Below are positions 9,483 through 18,754 of a stretch of DNA of 49,049 bases, piece after piece (positions within the stretch are counted from its first letter, which is position 1; every line of letters begins with the position of its first letter). The stretch is from a virus (lineage: Duplodnaviria; Caudoviricetes): positions 1 through 49,049 of IMG/VR virus record IMGVR_UViG_3300020707_000007. One strand, written 5' to 3'. The translations under genes and the position numbers were made by a program. Below the pieces are notes generated by a model. The model saw only the letters and a list, made by a program, of their open reading frames with translations. It did not search any database and was not told the DNA's origin.

Positions 9483-11426
9483 TTAAGCGGTTAAATAAGT
9501 TATGTTAATAGTATATTGATAACCATTAACCCAAGTAAGATTTCCGCCTGTAATTGTTTGAACATTAATTTGTGTAGTTGAATTAAAAAATGGAACATAA
9601 AACACTCCAGTAGCAGCACTTTCTCTAGCAGTTCCAGATAATTGAAAATTTCCAATTAAAGAATAAGGTAAATTTGTAATAACTAATTGACCAGCAGCAG
9701 TTCCTACTGTTGTTAAAGTTACTATAGCTGTTAAATGTACAAATCTACCAATTTTAGTGTAATAACCGCTAGAAGTATAAGTTGTTATTGTTCCTGTTGA
9801 AGATGCTGCTGTAGGAGTCCAAGTACTTTCTTTATAATCATCCAATGTATTTACATCAGTAGAATTAGATTGAGTAGCAGGAAATGTAACGCCAGCACCT
9901 GAAGCAGCAGGAGTAGCTGCTCCAACACCAACAGTTGTACCAAACTTTCCAGTACCAGTTACAGATAAATTGTTTGCTCCTGGGTCTGTAGTGTTACCAA
10001 TAGATATACCGCCTGAAGAAAATATTGTTGCAGCTAAAGTGCTATTTGTTGAAAATCCTAAAGAATTTGTTGATGGTAAATATATTCCATTTGACGGAAT
10101 ACTAGAGCTAGAAGGAACAAAATTACCAGCAGATAAAGTTGTTCCGTTATATGTTAGTGTAGAACTAGAGTTAAATGCGCTTGTTCCATTGCCATAAGGA
10201 ATATAACCAGCAGTAAGAGTGGTTAATCCTGTACCTCCATTAGCTACTGGTAATGTACCAATACCACTTAATAATTGTGCAGTAGTGGCTACAGTATGGG
10301 CAGATGTTCCGTTACCATAAAGAATACCAGTTAACGTACCAGCTTCGCCTGTACCACCATAGGTAGCCGAAATAACGTTACCTTGCCAAGATACTGAACC
10401 TGAAATACTGCTTGAACTATTAAAGTTTAAAGTTGCAGTACCCCAAGATACTGTGCTAGGAATATAAGAATGGACATCCCAAGTTCCGTTTGAAGTGCTA
10501 TTGGTTAATAGAATTAAATGAGCAGCACCGCCAGCTTGTAGTGCTAATAATGATGTGCTTCCGTCATGAGCATTAATTTGAACGGAAGAATAAGTAATAT
10601 TGTTATTAAAGTAATATGTATCACCAACTGTCAAAGTTGTTGCATCAGGCATATTAAATGTCTGAGATGTAACAGAACCTGTAACAATTTGATATTGTGC
10701 TGATGCAACAGTTAAGTTGATTGGTGTAGAAGACGCAACAGTAGTTGTTGTATTTGGAATAAAGTTATTCGCAAAGACGTTTTGGTTGCTATCTCTTAAA
10801 ACGACAGAATTAGCACCGCTAGAGGCTGTTACACCAGTTCCACCATAGGCAACTCCTACAGTATTACCATTCCAAGTAGCTGTTGTAATTGCTCCACTTG
10901 AAGATAATTGCATCAATTTGGTATTGGCTATACCAGCGTTATACCATTGGAAACCATCTCCAGCAAAAGCACTAAAACGACCAAAGCCAGTTGCGTAGTC
11001 CATTACTAGACCATCGCTAGGAGCAGTTGCTGTAAATGTTCCTGTGGTTGCTAACCCAGCAGAAGAGGTTAATTGACCGCTAATAGCTTGGTCAGCATTA
11101 AATGTGTTTGTCTCATCTAGCTTTGGAAAGTCATTAAGACTTGCACGAACTAAACGAAGAGACACCACAGCACCTGCAGCAAACGCTGTAGCAGATGTTC
11201 CGTCCTGTGCTCTAGTAATAGCAAAAGTAGTTCCTGTTACAGAAGTAACTTTAACAATCTCGATAGTTGTTTGAGTGGCAGCATCAGCTAATGTGCAATA
11301 AAAATATTGAACTCCAGTAGGAGAAGGAAAGCCTGTCGCAGATGTAACCGACATTGAGGTTGCACCACTAGTAAGACTACTAGCTAAAGTAGTATTACAG
11401 TTGTTGGCGAAAAGCATATTAGCCAT
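9483..11426 (-). CDS. Tail fibre protein
   Basis: EIVKVT...RAQDGT N-terminal domain; V..GGTG repeats; LDDYKESTWTP...YTKIGR C-terminal domain. Confidence 0.8.
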   Translation of the reverse strand: MANMLFANNCNTTLASSLTSGATSMSVTSATGFPSPTGVQYFYCTLADAATQTTIEIVKVTSVTGTTFAITRAQDGTSATAFAAGAVVSLRLVRASLNDFPKLDETNTFNADQAISGQLTSSAGLATTGTFTATAPSDGLVMDYATGFGRFSAFAGDGFQWYNAGIANTKLMQLSSSGAITTATWNGNTVGVAYGGTGVTASSGANSVVLRDSNQNVFANNFIPNTTTTVASSTPINLTVASAQYQIVTGSVTSQTFNMPDATTLTVGDTYYFNNNITYSSVQINAHDGSTSLLALQAGGAAHLILLTNSTSNGTWDVHSYIPSTVSWGTATLNFNSSSSISGSVSWQGNVISATYGGTGEAGTLTGILYGNGTSAHTVATTAQLLSGIGTLPVANGGTGLTTLTAGYIPYGNGTSAFNSSSTLTYNGTTLSAGNFVPSSSSIPSNGIYLPSTNSLGFSTNSTLAATIFSSGGISIGNTTDPGANNLSVTGTGKFGTTVGVGAATPAASGAGVTFPATQSNSTDVNTLDDYKESTWTPTAASSTGTITTYTSSGYYTKIGRFVHLTAIVTLTTVGTAAGQLVITNLPYSLIGNFQLSGTARESAATGVFYVPFFNSTTQINVQTITGGNLTWVNGYQYTINITYLTA

Positions 11427-11970
11427 ATATATTTTCTACAAAAACAAATTCAACTACATCTCCAACATTTAATCCAGAATTAAATGTAACTACTGATGTA
11501 GATGTTTCTGCATAATTTAGATTTTTAATTTGTTTACTTCCGTTAACATAAACAGATAAAGAATTTACTCCAACTATGTAAGAAAAAGAACTAATAGTAA
11601 ATATTGTTTGTCCTTGCGTTGCCGTTTGATATTCTTCAAAAATGGTTACTGTATCTTTACTTGAAACAATATAATTTAAACCAGCAGCAGTAATACGCAA
11701 CTGTACGTTATCGCCAGTATTCCAGTACAAAGGTGTTGTGCCTTCTTGTCCACGCTCAATAGTAAAAATATCACCGTTACGTGCAGTACACTTTACAATC
11801 TCAATGATTGGGCCGCTTAGACTGATTAAGCTAACGTAGAAATAATCTCCTCCAACTGGGTTTGGGAATAATCCTCCAGCATTAGCAGACACCTGCATTG
11901 TTGTTGCTGTATTGGTTATTCCAAAAGCCAAATAAGTGGCTGCGTTATTAGTATATAAAGGACGGCCCAT
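11419..11970 (-). CDS. Tail/fibre attachment protein
   Basis: N-terminal domain paralogous to next gene (EIVKCTAR...RGQEGT); ATQGQT.F...VYVNG domain. Confidence 0.65.
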   Translation of the reverse strand: MGRPLYTNNAATYLAFGITNTATTMQVSANAGGLFPNPVGGDYFYVSLISLSGPIIEIVKCTARNGDIFTIERGQEGTTPLYWNTGDNVQLRITAAGLNYIVSSKDTVTIFEEYQTATQGQTIFTISSFSYIVGVNSLSVYVNGSKQIKNLNYAETSTSVVTFNSGLNVGDVVEFVFVENIYG

Positions 11971-11973
11971 ATA

Positions 11974-12255
11974 TTATCCTAGTGTATATGTATCGTTGAC
12001 AGTAAATCCATCAACTAATTCAATTGTTGATTGTACAATGCTGTATTCGTCTGGAGCTTGTGGTCTAGAAACTGGTACAGACATATTGTCTCGTACACCT
12101 TTTACATAGTCTTGAGGCTGGCGAATCTCCCAGTCGTAGCTACAAACATACAGCCCATCCCAACGTAACTTTAATTGCGAGAACTTATATTTGTGACCAC
12201 AAGCATCACATATACCGTTGTAATCGCCATTACGTAAGAAATCTGCGTGACCCAT
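11974..12255 (-). CDS. Small Zn-ribbon virion-operon protein
   Basis: CDACG...WDGLYVC...PQD motif; start moved to MGHADF. Confidence 0.6.
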   Translation of the reverse strand: MGHADFLRNGDYNGICDACGHKYKFSQLKLRWDGLYVCSYDWEIRQPQDYVKGVRDNMSVPVSRPQAPDEYSIVQSTIELVDGFTVNDTYTLG

Positions 12256-12256
12256 A

Positions 12257-12565
12257 TTAAATCTCGTCTGGAGAGTAAACTGGGATGTCACCAATACAGG
12301 TGTAAACGTTACCCTGGTTAGTACCACAAGTCATAATCAATCGGTAAGTATTATCAGCGACACCGCCAATAACCCTTTGAGATGCCTTGCCTAATGTAAA
12401 TACGGGTGTTCCTGAAAGGATGGCAGATGGATTTGTATCTGTACCTTGTGCTGTAATAGCAGTGCAATTAGCCGAGGTTAAAGTCTCGGATGTTTGCAAA
12501 ACAGGGTTAAAATCAAAGCTAAAGACCTCTGATTCTGTAGTTAATTTATACGAAAACTGGCTCAT
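12257..12565 (-). CDS. Hypothetical structural protein (fibre adaptor-like)
   Basis: Beta-sandwich-like pattern; coupled to neighbours. Confidence 0.5.
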   Translation of the reverse strand: MSQFSYKLTTESEVFSFDFNPVLQTSETLTSANCTAITAQGTDTNPSAILSGTPVFTLGKASQRVIGGVADNTYRLIMTCGTNQGNVYTCIGDIPVYSPDEI

Positions 12566-14136
12566 TTTGAGACCTTTTTATTACTTGTGTTTGCAAGGAC
12601 AGTTCGTTGCTTGTAAAGGTCAACCAATCTGTCTTTAAATTGTACTACGCTTAAACGCTCTTTATAAAGCTCTGTTACCCTGTCTCTAAAGTCTACTGTA
12701 AACGTATACCTTACTACAGCACCAAGTCTGTTAAAGTAAGCAGCGACTAATGTCACTATTGTAGCCGAAACTAGGGTGAAAGTTCTATACATTTGCTTAG
12801 TAAATGTGATAGTTGTTTGGGAAACTACAAAAAATAGCTTAGTCGGCAGCTTTGAGAAAAACACGGTATTACCAACCCCTAAAGCCAATATTTTGTGAAT
12901 AATTAGACCACGTATTAGGGTAATTACTGATGTCGATAAATAAGATATTAGCTTATTTAAAAACCGACCAATACTAATGGTTGTAGTACTTAGGTAAGAT
13001 AAAGTCCTAAAATAGCCAAAATTTATACTAGATACGCTAGTAGATAGGTAGCTTAATCCCTTGGTTATGCTTTTAAATAGCTTGCTATTATTGGTTACGG
13101 TATATGACAAACTAACCAAGTGCATTGCCATACTTGTCAAAACGACAATGGTATGTTCAATATAAGTGGTCATAAACTTGTTTATGAACCTTGGAATGGT
13201 AATGGTAGTGGTTACCGCATAGGCTAATAGCTTACGGTAATAGTTTCCAATAGTGGCAAAACTGGTAGATAAAACGCTTAATGTTGTTTCTACCATCTTC
13301 AATAAAGTGGCAGAAGAGGTTGAGTTATATGACAATGTCCTAAAGAAACTCACTAAACGAGCCATAGAGGTCGAACTAGTAACTAGGTAGCTTATGACCT
13401 TATATATAGGCTTTAAAAGCGTTACAGAGCTTGTAGACAGGTATGAAAGGGTTTTTGAAATGCTTTTTACTATTGTTACTGTTTCGGTTACTGCATAAGA
13501 GATAGTTTTAGCTATAGTCCTGCCAATAGTTACTGTAGAAGTACTTAAATAGGCAATTAACTTACCAATAGTCCTAGATATAGTTACTGAGCTTGTAGAA
13601 AGGACGCTTAGAATTCTAGCTAGTTGTTTTGTAATGGTTGCTGTAGAGGTAGATAGGTAGGTTATGTTCTTTAAAATAGACTTAACAATGGTTACTGCAC
13701 TTGTAGATAGGTAACTGATGGTCTTTGTAAGGCTTTTAATTATGCTGACTGTAGAAGTAACAGCATAGGTAATAACCTTAGATAGGCTTAGTAATCGATT
13801 CATTGTTGCCGTGCTGACAACGGTGACCGACAACAAAGCTAGGTGAAATGCTGATTCTGTTAATACAATTACCGACATTTCGGTAATACTACTCATTAAC
13901 TTTTTAATTGCCCTGCCAATGGTAATGGAGGTTGTAGATAGGTAATTTAGAGCTTTACCGTAGGTTTTATTAATTGTTGCTGTAGAAGTTACAGCATAAA
14001 TAAGGGTTCTAAATAATTTTAATACTGTGGTAATGGAACTAGTACTCGTAGAAGTAACACTTAACGAGGGAGTTAATGTAATATTATCTCCGTCATTAAT
14101 TGCTACTCTATCTATACTAGAACCATTAATTGCCAT
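12562..14136 (-). CDS. Ser/Thr-rich 18-aa-repeat virion protein
   Basis: Repeats such as KTISYLSTSAVTIVKSIL / KNITYLSTSTATITKQLA / RILSVLSTSSVTISRTIG. Confidence 0.7.
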   Translation of the reverse strand: MAINGSSIDRVAINDGDNITLTPSLSVTSTSTSSITTVLKLFRTLIYAVTSTATINKTYGKALNYLSTTSITIGRAIKKLMSSITEMSVIVLTESAFHLALLSVTVVSTATMNRLLSLSKVITYAVTSTVSIIKSLTKTISYLSTSAVTIVKSILKNITYLSTSTATITKQLARILSVLSTSSVTISRTIGKLIAYLSTSTVTIGRTIAKTISYAVTETVTIVKSISKTLSYLSTSSVTLLKPIYKVISYLVTSSTSMARLVSFFRTLSYNSTSSATLLKMVETTLSVLSTSFATIGNYYRKLLAYAVTTTITIPRFINKFMTTYIEHTIVVLTSMAMHLVSLSYTVTNNSKLFKSITKGLSYLSTSVSSINFGYFRTLSYLSTTTISIGRFLNKLISYLSTSVITLIRGLIIHKILALGVGNTVFFSKLPTKLFFVVSQTTITFTKQMYRTFTLVSATIVTLVAAYFNRLGAVVRYTFTVDFRDRVTELYKERLSVVQFKDRLVDLYKQRTVLANTSNKKVSK

Positions 14137-14504
14137 TAACTAAACTGGACTTTAAAAGTAAACTGAATGGAGTCGCCATTGTTCAATGGGATGCCACTAA
14201 AGTCACCTTTTACAAACAAGTTACCAGAAGTAGATGCGTCAAATAGACCAGCGTTGGTGATTGTCTCACTTGTGCCAGCAGTCTGAGTGCCTACAACTTG
14301 GTATGTATCGTTTGTTGTGCTAGTTGTTACTTGAGAAGTTGTGCCACTAACACGAGGCAATACTTCTGTAAATAATGTTGTATCAGTTGCGCTAGTAGTA
14401 CCTGCACCTGTACCCCAACCAATGTATTTAGGCTGAGTAGCTGCACCACCGTTTAGGTAGTTGGTAATAATAGCTTTTCCTGTGTTTACTAATAAGGTAG
14501 CCAT
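14136..14504 (-). CDS. Structural protein (tail-collar/fibre-like beta sandwich)
   Basis: YIGWGTG...DTTL..E...ITNAGLFDA...GN motif. Confidence 0.6.
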   Translation of the reverse strand: MATLLVNTGKAIITNYLNGGAATQPKYIGWGTGAGTTSATDTTLFTEVLPRVSGTTSQVTTSTTNDTYQVVGTQTAGTSETITNAGLFDASTSGNLFVKGDFSGIPLNNGDSIQFTFKVQFS

Positions 14505-14644
14505 TTTTTAATTCTCCAAATAATGCGTTTAATTGGGTTTTTATGCCAGTAATCAATAACGCCCAATTCCTCTACTGTACCGTCTGCACGTGTAATAGTA
14601 GCGATAATCTGTGCTTCTTTAGCGTTAGTGTTAACTACTTGCAT
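14489..14644 (-). CDS. Small hypothetical protein, 51 aa (MQVVNTNAKE...RADGTVEELG)
   Basis: Hand-translated; fills the gap, start 1 nt after upstream stop. Confidence 0.6.
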   Translation of the reverse strand: MQVVNTNAKEAQIIATITRADGTVEELGVIDYWHKNPIKRIIWRIKKWLPY

Positions 14645-14645
14645 A

Positions 14646-15053
14646 TTAATCTTTGATAATTTCTAAAACAATGGTGAATGATGTGAGTGCCGTTGTTGCA
14701 GCGCCACCAAAAGTTGTCAACGTAATTTTACCGTTAGGTGTTGTTGCGTTATCAGTAATACCACCAAATGACGCAGCTTTGATTTCGCCACGGCCAGCAC
14801 ATTCCCACAACAAAGCAGGTGTTGCACCATCCCAATTTAATGTAACTTGGATGCCGTCTTGAATGTCAAAATTAATACGTTTAATACGCACTAATTTTGG
14901 AATTGTTCCTTGTGCATCAATTTGACTTAATGTACTTGGGTCAAGAACCACGTAGTTGGTAATATCACCAGCGTTCACCCAGCCAGTAATCTTTAATGTT
15001 GCGTTGCGATAACCATCATTCAGAATCTGAAGTGGAAGAATCTGTGTTGCCAT
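14646..15053 (-). CDS. Hypothetical structural protein
   Basis: ORF in virion operon. Confidence 0.55.
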   Translation of the reverse strand: MATQILPLQILNDGYRNATLKITGWVNAGDITNYVVLDPSTLSQIDAQGTIPKLVRIKRINFDIQDGIQVTLNWDGATPALLWECAGRGEIKAASFGGITDNATTPNGKITLTTFGGAATTALTSFTIVLEIIKD

Positions 15054-15055
15054 GA

Positions 15056-15190
15056 TTAGTATCCGCCTTTAGGCTTCTTTGCTTTAGTTGATTGCATCGG
15101 GTTCTTAACTTTGTCTTTAGTAGGCTTTTGAACTGGAGCTTTTACGCCCATTCCAATAGACTGACCTTCACGTAATTTTTTATTAGGCAT
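15056..15190 (-). CDS. Small Lys-rich peptide, 44 aa (MPNKKLREGQSIGMGVKAPVQKPTKDKVKNPMQSTKAKKPKGGY)
   Basis: Hand-translated; AAGGA RBS upstream. Confidence 0.65.
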   Translation of the reverse strand: MPNKKLREGQSIGMGVKAPVQKPTKDKVKNPMQSTKAKKPKGGY

Positions 15191-15212
15191 AATTTTTTCC
15201 TTTAAGTTAGAG

Positions 15213-15249
15213 AAAAAACCCCCTAGAGACCTTTTGGGAAACTAGGGGG
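15213..15249 (-). terminator. Rho-independent terminator after major capsid gene
   Basis: CCCCCTAG/CTAGGGGG stem followed by T6 on minus strand. Confidence 0.8.
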
Positions 15250-15270
15250 AATCGCTCACGTGCGAGTTAA

Positions 15271-16212
15271 TTAAACTCCAGGTGTGCCCCACAATGCACG
15301 TGGGTCGCCCCAACCGAAGGCATAACGCTCATACGATTTAGCCTTAGCATTCATCGTATCAAAGTCATTGTCTTGGTCAAACGTGATTGCTTGACGCTCT
15401 TGGTGAATCATACCTGTATTCATAGGTACGTTAGCACGAATAAAGAATGCTTTAGTACTTGTGAGGTAATGGTTCATCTTGATACCTTCAGGCAATGCGT
15501 TAGTAGCGTGTAATACGTTTACAGCGTTACTTGCAGTACCAGGAGGGTTAGCACCAGTGTTGTATGAATATACAGACTTGAGAATGCGATTAGCTTCAAA
15601 CCAGTTGCTTGGGTGAACGATGATAGAACGTGGCATCAAGTTGATGCGTAGCCCACGGTCGTTCAACGCTAACATCTGTTGAATAATCAAGTTCTCAATA
15701 GCGGCTTCAGACAAGTTAGCTGCAGTAGTTAACAAGTTGCTGAATGTACCACCAGAGGTGTTAGGGTGAGTTGCGTTCAACAATGAAACACCATCGCCAC
15801 CAGCATAGCTGTTAGAGAAAGCGTTGTTGTATACGTTAGCAGCAACGTTCTCTTTGGTTTGACGCATAGAGAAAGCGTTAGCAGCAGCACGACGCTTGGA
15901 AACAACTTCATAGAGGTTGTCAGCAAGTTCTTCTTGGGTAACGATGTAGCCCAAGCCGTATGCAACGTTAGTTAAACGAGTTACGAAACCTTGAGTCTCA
16001 GAGTCGTAAACAACGCCTTGACCTTGTGGTTTTTGTGGAGCAAGACCAAAGCCAGTAGCTTGGACGTACTCTTCGTAGTTTTTGTCAGATGTGGTTGTAT
16101 CGAACAAGTCTGTGTATTCGATAGGATGTTCATTGTATGAACGACCCCACCAAGCCTTAATACCAGGCCACAGTGCTTTTGGAAACGAACCAGTTGTAAT
16201 AATACCAGCCAT
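15271..16212 (-). CDS. Major capsid protein
   Basis: HK97/Mu gpT-like pattern (DGVSL...HP; ERYAFGWGDPR); biased codon usage; downstream terminator. Confidence 0.85.
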   Translation of the reverse strand: MAGIITTGSFPKALWPGIKAWWGRSYNEHPIEYTDLFDTTTSDKNYEEYVQATGFGLAPQKPQGQGVVYDSETQGFVTRLTNVAYGLGYIVTQEELADNLYEVVSKRRAAANAFSMRQTKENVAANVYNNAFSNSYAGGDGVSLLNATHPNTSGGTFSNLLTTAANLSEAAIENLIIQQMLALNDRGLRINLMPRSIIVHPSNWFEANRILKSVYSYNTGANPPGTASNAVNVLHATNALPEGIKMNHYLTSTKAFFIRANVPMNTGMIHQERQAITFDQDNDFDTMNAKAKSYERYAFGWGDPRALWGTPGV

Positions 16213-16227
16213 TATTTATTCTCCTAA

Positions 16228-16824
16228 TTAAATGCCAGCAGATGGACGTAACATCTCTGAGTTGTTGAACAACACAAAGAAACGTACATAAGGCCCCAAG
16301 ATGTTACCTGGGATTGGTTCAATTCCAACAATCTTCAATGCTGCAGTAGAAGATGTGGTGGTACCAGTCAACACAGTTGCGGACATCTGATTTGAAATAG
16401 AAGGAGCAGCTACAGTGTAGGTTGCGTTCTTGTTCATGTCAGTTGTTGCAAAAGTAGTGCTGTCGCCTTGGATGCAATAGACTTGGTCTGGGTCATCGTT
16501 AACGAGCAGGTAGTAGGCTTGTGACTTAGAAGCAGGAACGCTAGTAGTCGTCAAGTCAATGTTTGTACCCTGAATAGAAGGGTTGTTTGGGTTAGCAAGT
16601 AATACGCCAGTTACAACACCACGAGGTGTTTGACCAGACGCACATTTTGCTACTTCAGGTGTACCGTTGGCATCACCACCGTCAACTGTGTAAACTGTGT
16701 CACCGATGTAATACGCAGAGGTATCAGTCGATGGAACATAGTAAATACGTTGTTGTTGGTTGCCTGGGTTACCTGTACCATAAATCACGGCTGAAAAGCC
16801 AAATGGTGCATTAAGGTTTGCCAT
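16228..16824 (-). CDS. Capsid decoration/cement protein
   Basis: MAN.NAPFGF start, V.DDPD motif; directly upstream of capsid gene. Confidence 0.6.
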   Translation of the reverse strand: MANLNAPFGFSAVIYGTGNPGNQQQRIYYVPSTDTSAYYIGDTVYTVDGGDANGTPEVAKCASGQTPRGVVTGVLLANPNNPSIQGTNIDLTTTSVPASKSQAYYLLVNDDPDQVYCIQGDSTTFATTDMNKNATYTVAAPSISNQMSATVLTGTTTSSTAALKIVGIEPIPGNILGPYVRFFVLFNNSEMLRPSAGI

Positions 16825-16851
16825 TATGATAAAGCTCCAATTAAATTAAGT

Positions 16852-17349
16852 TTAGTTCCGCTTAATCGAGATGCCAGCGTTATAACGCCCATCTTGACCA
16901 ACGGCTCCATTAATATTTCCACTAGCAATTGCGTCTTCTACCATCTTGTTTTGAGCTTCAATGCTGGCCATATCTTCCTCATGCCATTCATTTTTAATCT
17001 TCATCAAGTATGCGTAAAGTATATCGCCTTGCTGTGTAGTTCCTACCTTTTGTTTGATTTTGTCACTCATGTCGACGTTTGAAGGCGTTACGCCATTCTC
17101 TAACTCTGTCTCACCTCTTGTAACAAACTCATATCCGCTATCTAGTGCTGATTCTACGTTCCCATCGTCATTCATCCAGCAAAGGTGATGACCAGGAATT
17201 TCAAACTTTACAGCCAAAGTCAGTCTTGGAACACCAATTGAGTTACGTCTAGGGCGTTGAGCCTGTGACCGAACTGTCTCGGTTTCTCGTTCAGATACCG
17301 AACGAACTAATGTTTCAGGACTGCTTTCTTTTTTGCTTACTCTTGGCAT
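16852..17349 (-). CDS. Hypothetical head-module protein
   Basis: PG.HLCW.ND...GYEFV...LMKI motif; synteny. Confidence 0.55.
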   Translation of the reverse strand: MPRVSKKESSPETLVRSVSERETETVRSQAQRPRRNSIGVPRLTLAVKFEIPGHHLCWMNDDGNVESALDSGYEFVTRGETELENGVTPSNVDMSDKIKQKVGTTQQGDILYAYLMKIKNEWHEEDMASIEAQNKMVEDAIASGNINGAVGQDGRYNAGISIKRN

Positions 17350-17397
17350 TGTAATACTCCTAACTTATTTTAAGTGATTTTACTATAAATACAATGG

Positions 17398-18228
17398 TTA
17401 TTCACCAAAATATTCTTTTAAATAGGCTTCTCTTGTAATTAAACCTTGCTTTTCAAACTTCTGACAAGCTGCTTTAGCTTCAGGAGGCAAGTCGTTATAT
17501 CCCTTACCACCCTTTTGATTAGACTTAGGAGCAGTTGTTCCCTCTACAGGAGATGGTCTTGCACGGTTAGTATTGGTAAACTTTTCAGGATACATCTTTT
17601 TAACACGCTTAGTAACCTCGTCTAGGAACTCAGAACCAATCAGTGTTGGGTTTTGACGTTTGATAACTTCACCGATTAGGTTAGCTTCGTTGGTCAATTC
17701 TGTGTCTTTGCCAAACCAAGCATTTTCTTCATTCCATTGAACGAATGATGGGTCAGGTTGATTAGATGCACGAGCAGCTACAGGGTCAGGTTTACGAGCT
17801 TTAAGGTCATCAATAGCGTCATCAATCTGCAGAACCTTGTCTCCGTCACCAGTAGAAATAGCTTCTTTCTTTTGGTCACGTAGGTCTGCCATTGCACGGT
17901 CATAAGCCCGTTTTTCAGTCTCAGCATGGAACTTTTTAAATTCGTTCATTGTGGACTTCATTTCAGCCACTTCACGCTTTAGGAAGTCGTTGTCTTTTCG
18001 CAACAGAGCATTAATCTCTTTACCTTTTTTTACAAAGGTTTCTGCGTCAACCCATTTATCTTCTGGGCCGTTATAGTCTTCTTGGGGAACCCAACCTTGG
18101 CGTTTTGCCTCGGCTAACGTCTCTTCATCAATATCAGGTGTAGCGTCAGACTGCACACCTGCTTCTACTTCTTGGGATGCTGAACCATCTAATGATTCAG
18201 GTGCTACTTGGGCTAATTCTTCACTCAT
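17398..18228 (-). CDS. Scaffolding protein
   Basis: Acidic coiled-coil, GW.P.E...WVDAETF; between portal and capsid. Confidence 0.65.
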   Translation of the reverse strand: MSEELAQVAPESLDGSASQEVEAGVQSDATPDIDEETLAEAKRQGWVPQEDYNGPEDKWVDAETFVKKGKEINALLRKDNDFLKREVAEMKSTMNEFKKFHAETEKRAYDRAMADLRDQKKEAISTGDGDKVLQIDDAIDDLKARKPDPVAARASNQPDPSFVQWNEENAWFGKDTELTNEANLIGEVIKRQNPTLIGSEFLDEVTKRVKKMYPEKFTNTNRARPSPVEGTTAPKSNQKGGKGYNDLPPEAKAACQKFEKQGLITREAYLKEYFGE

Positions 18229-18548
18229 TTGCTATCTCCTAGTTTGGTAAGGCATATATCTAAATCGTTTAAGACTCGGTATTCGATTCCGTCTTCTGAT
18301 TCGTCTGGGGTGATAAGTTGACCAGCGTAACGTCCAAACTTGACGTAGTCACCGACTTTACACCAAGGGGATTCTTGGTCGGAATAAGCAGTATTCCCAA
18401 CTTCGACGACGATTCCACCGTCTTGACCAAGCTGTTCTCGCTTAGTAACGTCTTTGGGAATAATAATGCCGCCTTGAGATACTTCTTCAACTTTCGTGAC
18501 CTTTACCAAGACACGATGTCCTGTTGGCTTCCATCCTGATGTATTCAT
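18225..18548 (-). CDS. groES: GroES/Cpn10-like co-chaperonin
   Basis: KPTGHRVLVK...GGIIIP...VVEVG...KVGD.V.FGRYAG...ND.DI. Confidence 0.9.
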   Translation of the reverse strand: MNTSGWKPTGHRVLVKVTKVEEVSQGGIIIPKDVTKREQLGQDGGIVVEVGNTAYSDQESPWCKVGDYVKFGRYAGQLITPDESEDGIEYRVLNDLDICLTKLGDSK

Positions 18549-18754
18549 TAGACCCCCGTAATATCTTCATAAGTCAAATCAAGAATTTGATTGATGGAAT
18601 ATACCCCACCCAATGCAAACTGATTTTCCCCGTCAGTTACAAACTGTCGATTAGCCCACGCCTCTTGGGTTTCAACTTTAGCCTTCTTTAAAAAATTAAA
18701 GAATTCCTCAGTTACGTGGTAGCTCTTCCATTCCTTGAATTCCTGCTCCGTCAT
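18548..18754 (-). CDS. Hypothetical protein after portal
   Basis: EF.EW...VT..F pattern; coupled to groES. Confidence 0.55.
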   Translation of the reverse strand: MTEQEFKEWKSYHVTEEFFNFLKKAKVETQEAWANRQFVTDGENQFALGGVYSINQILDLTYEDITGV

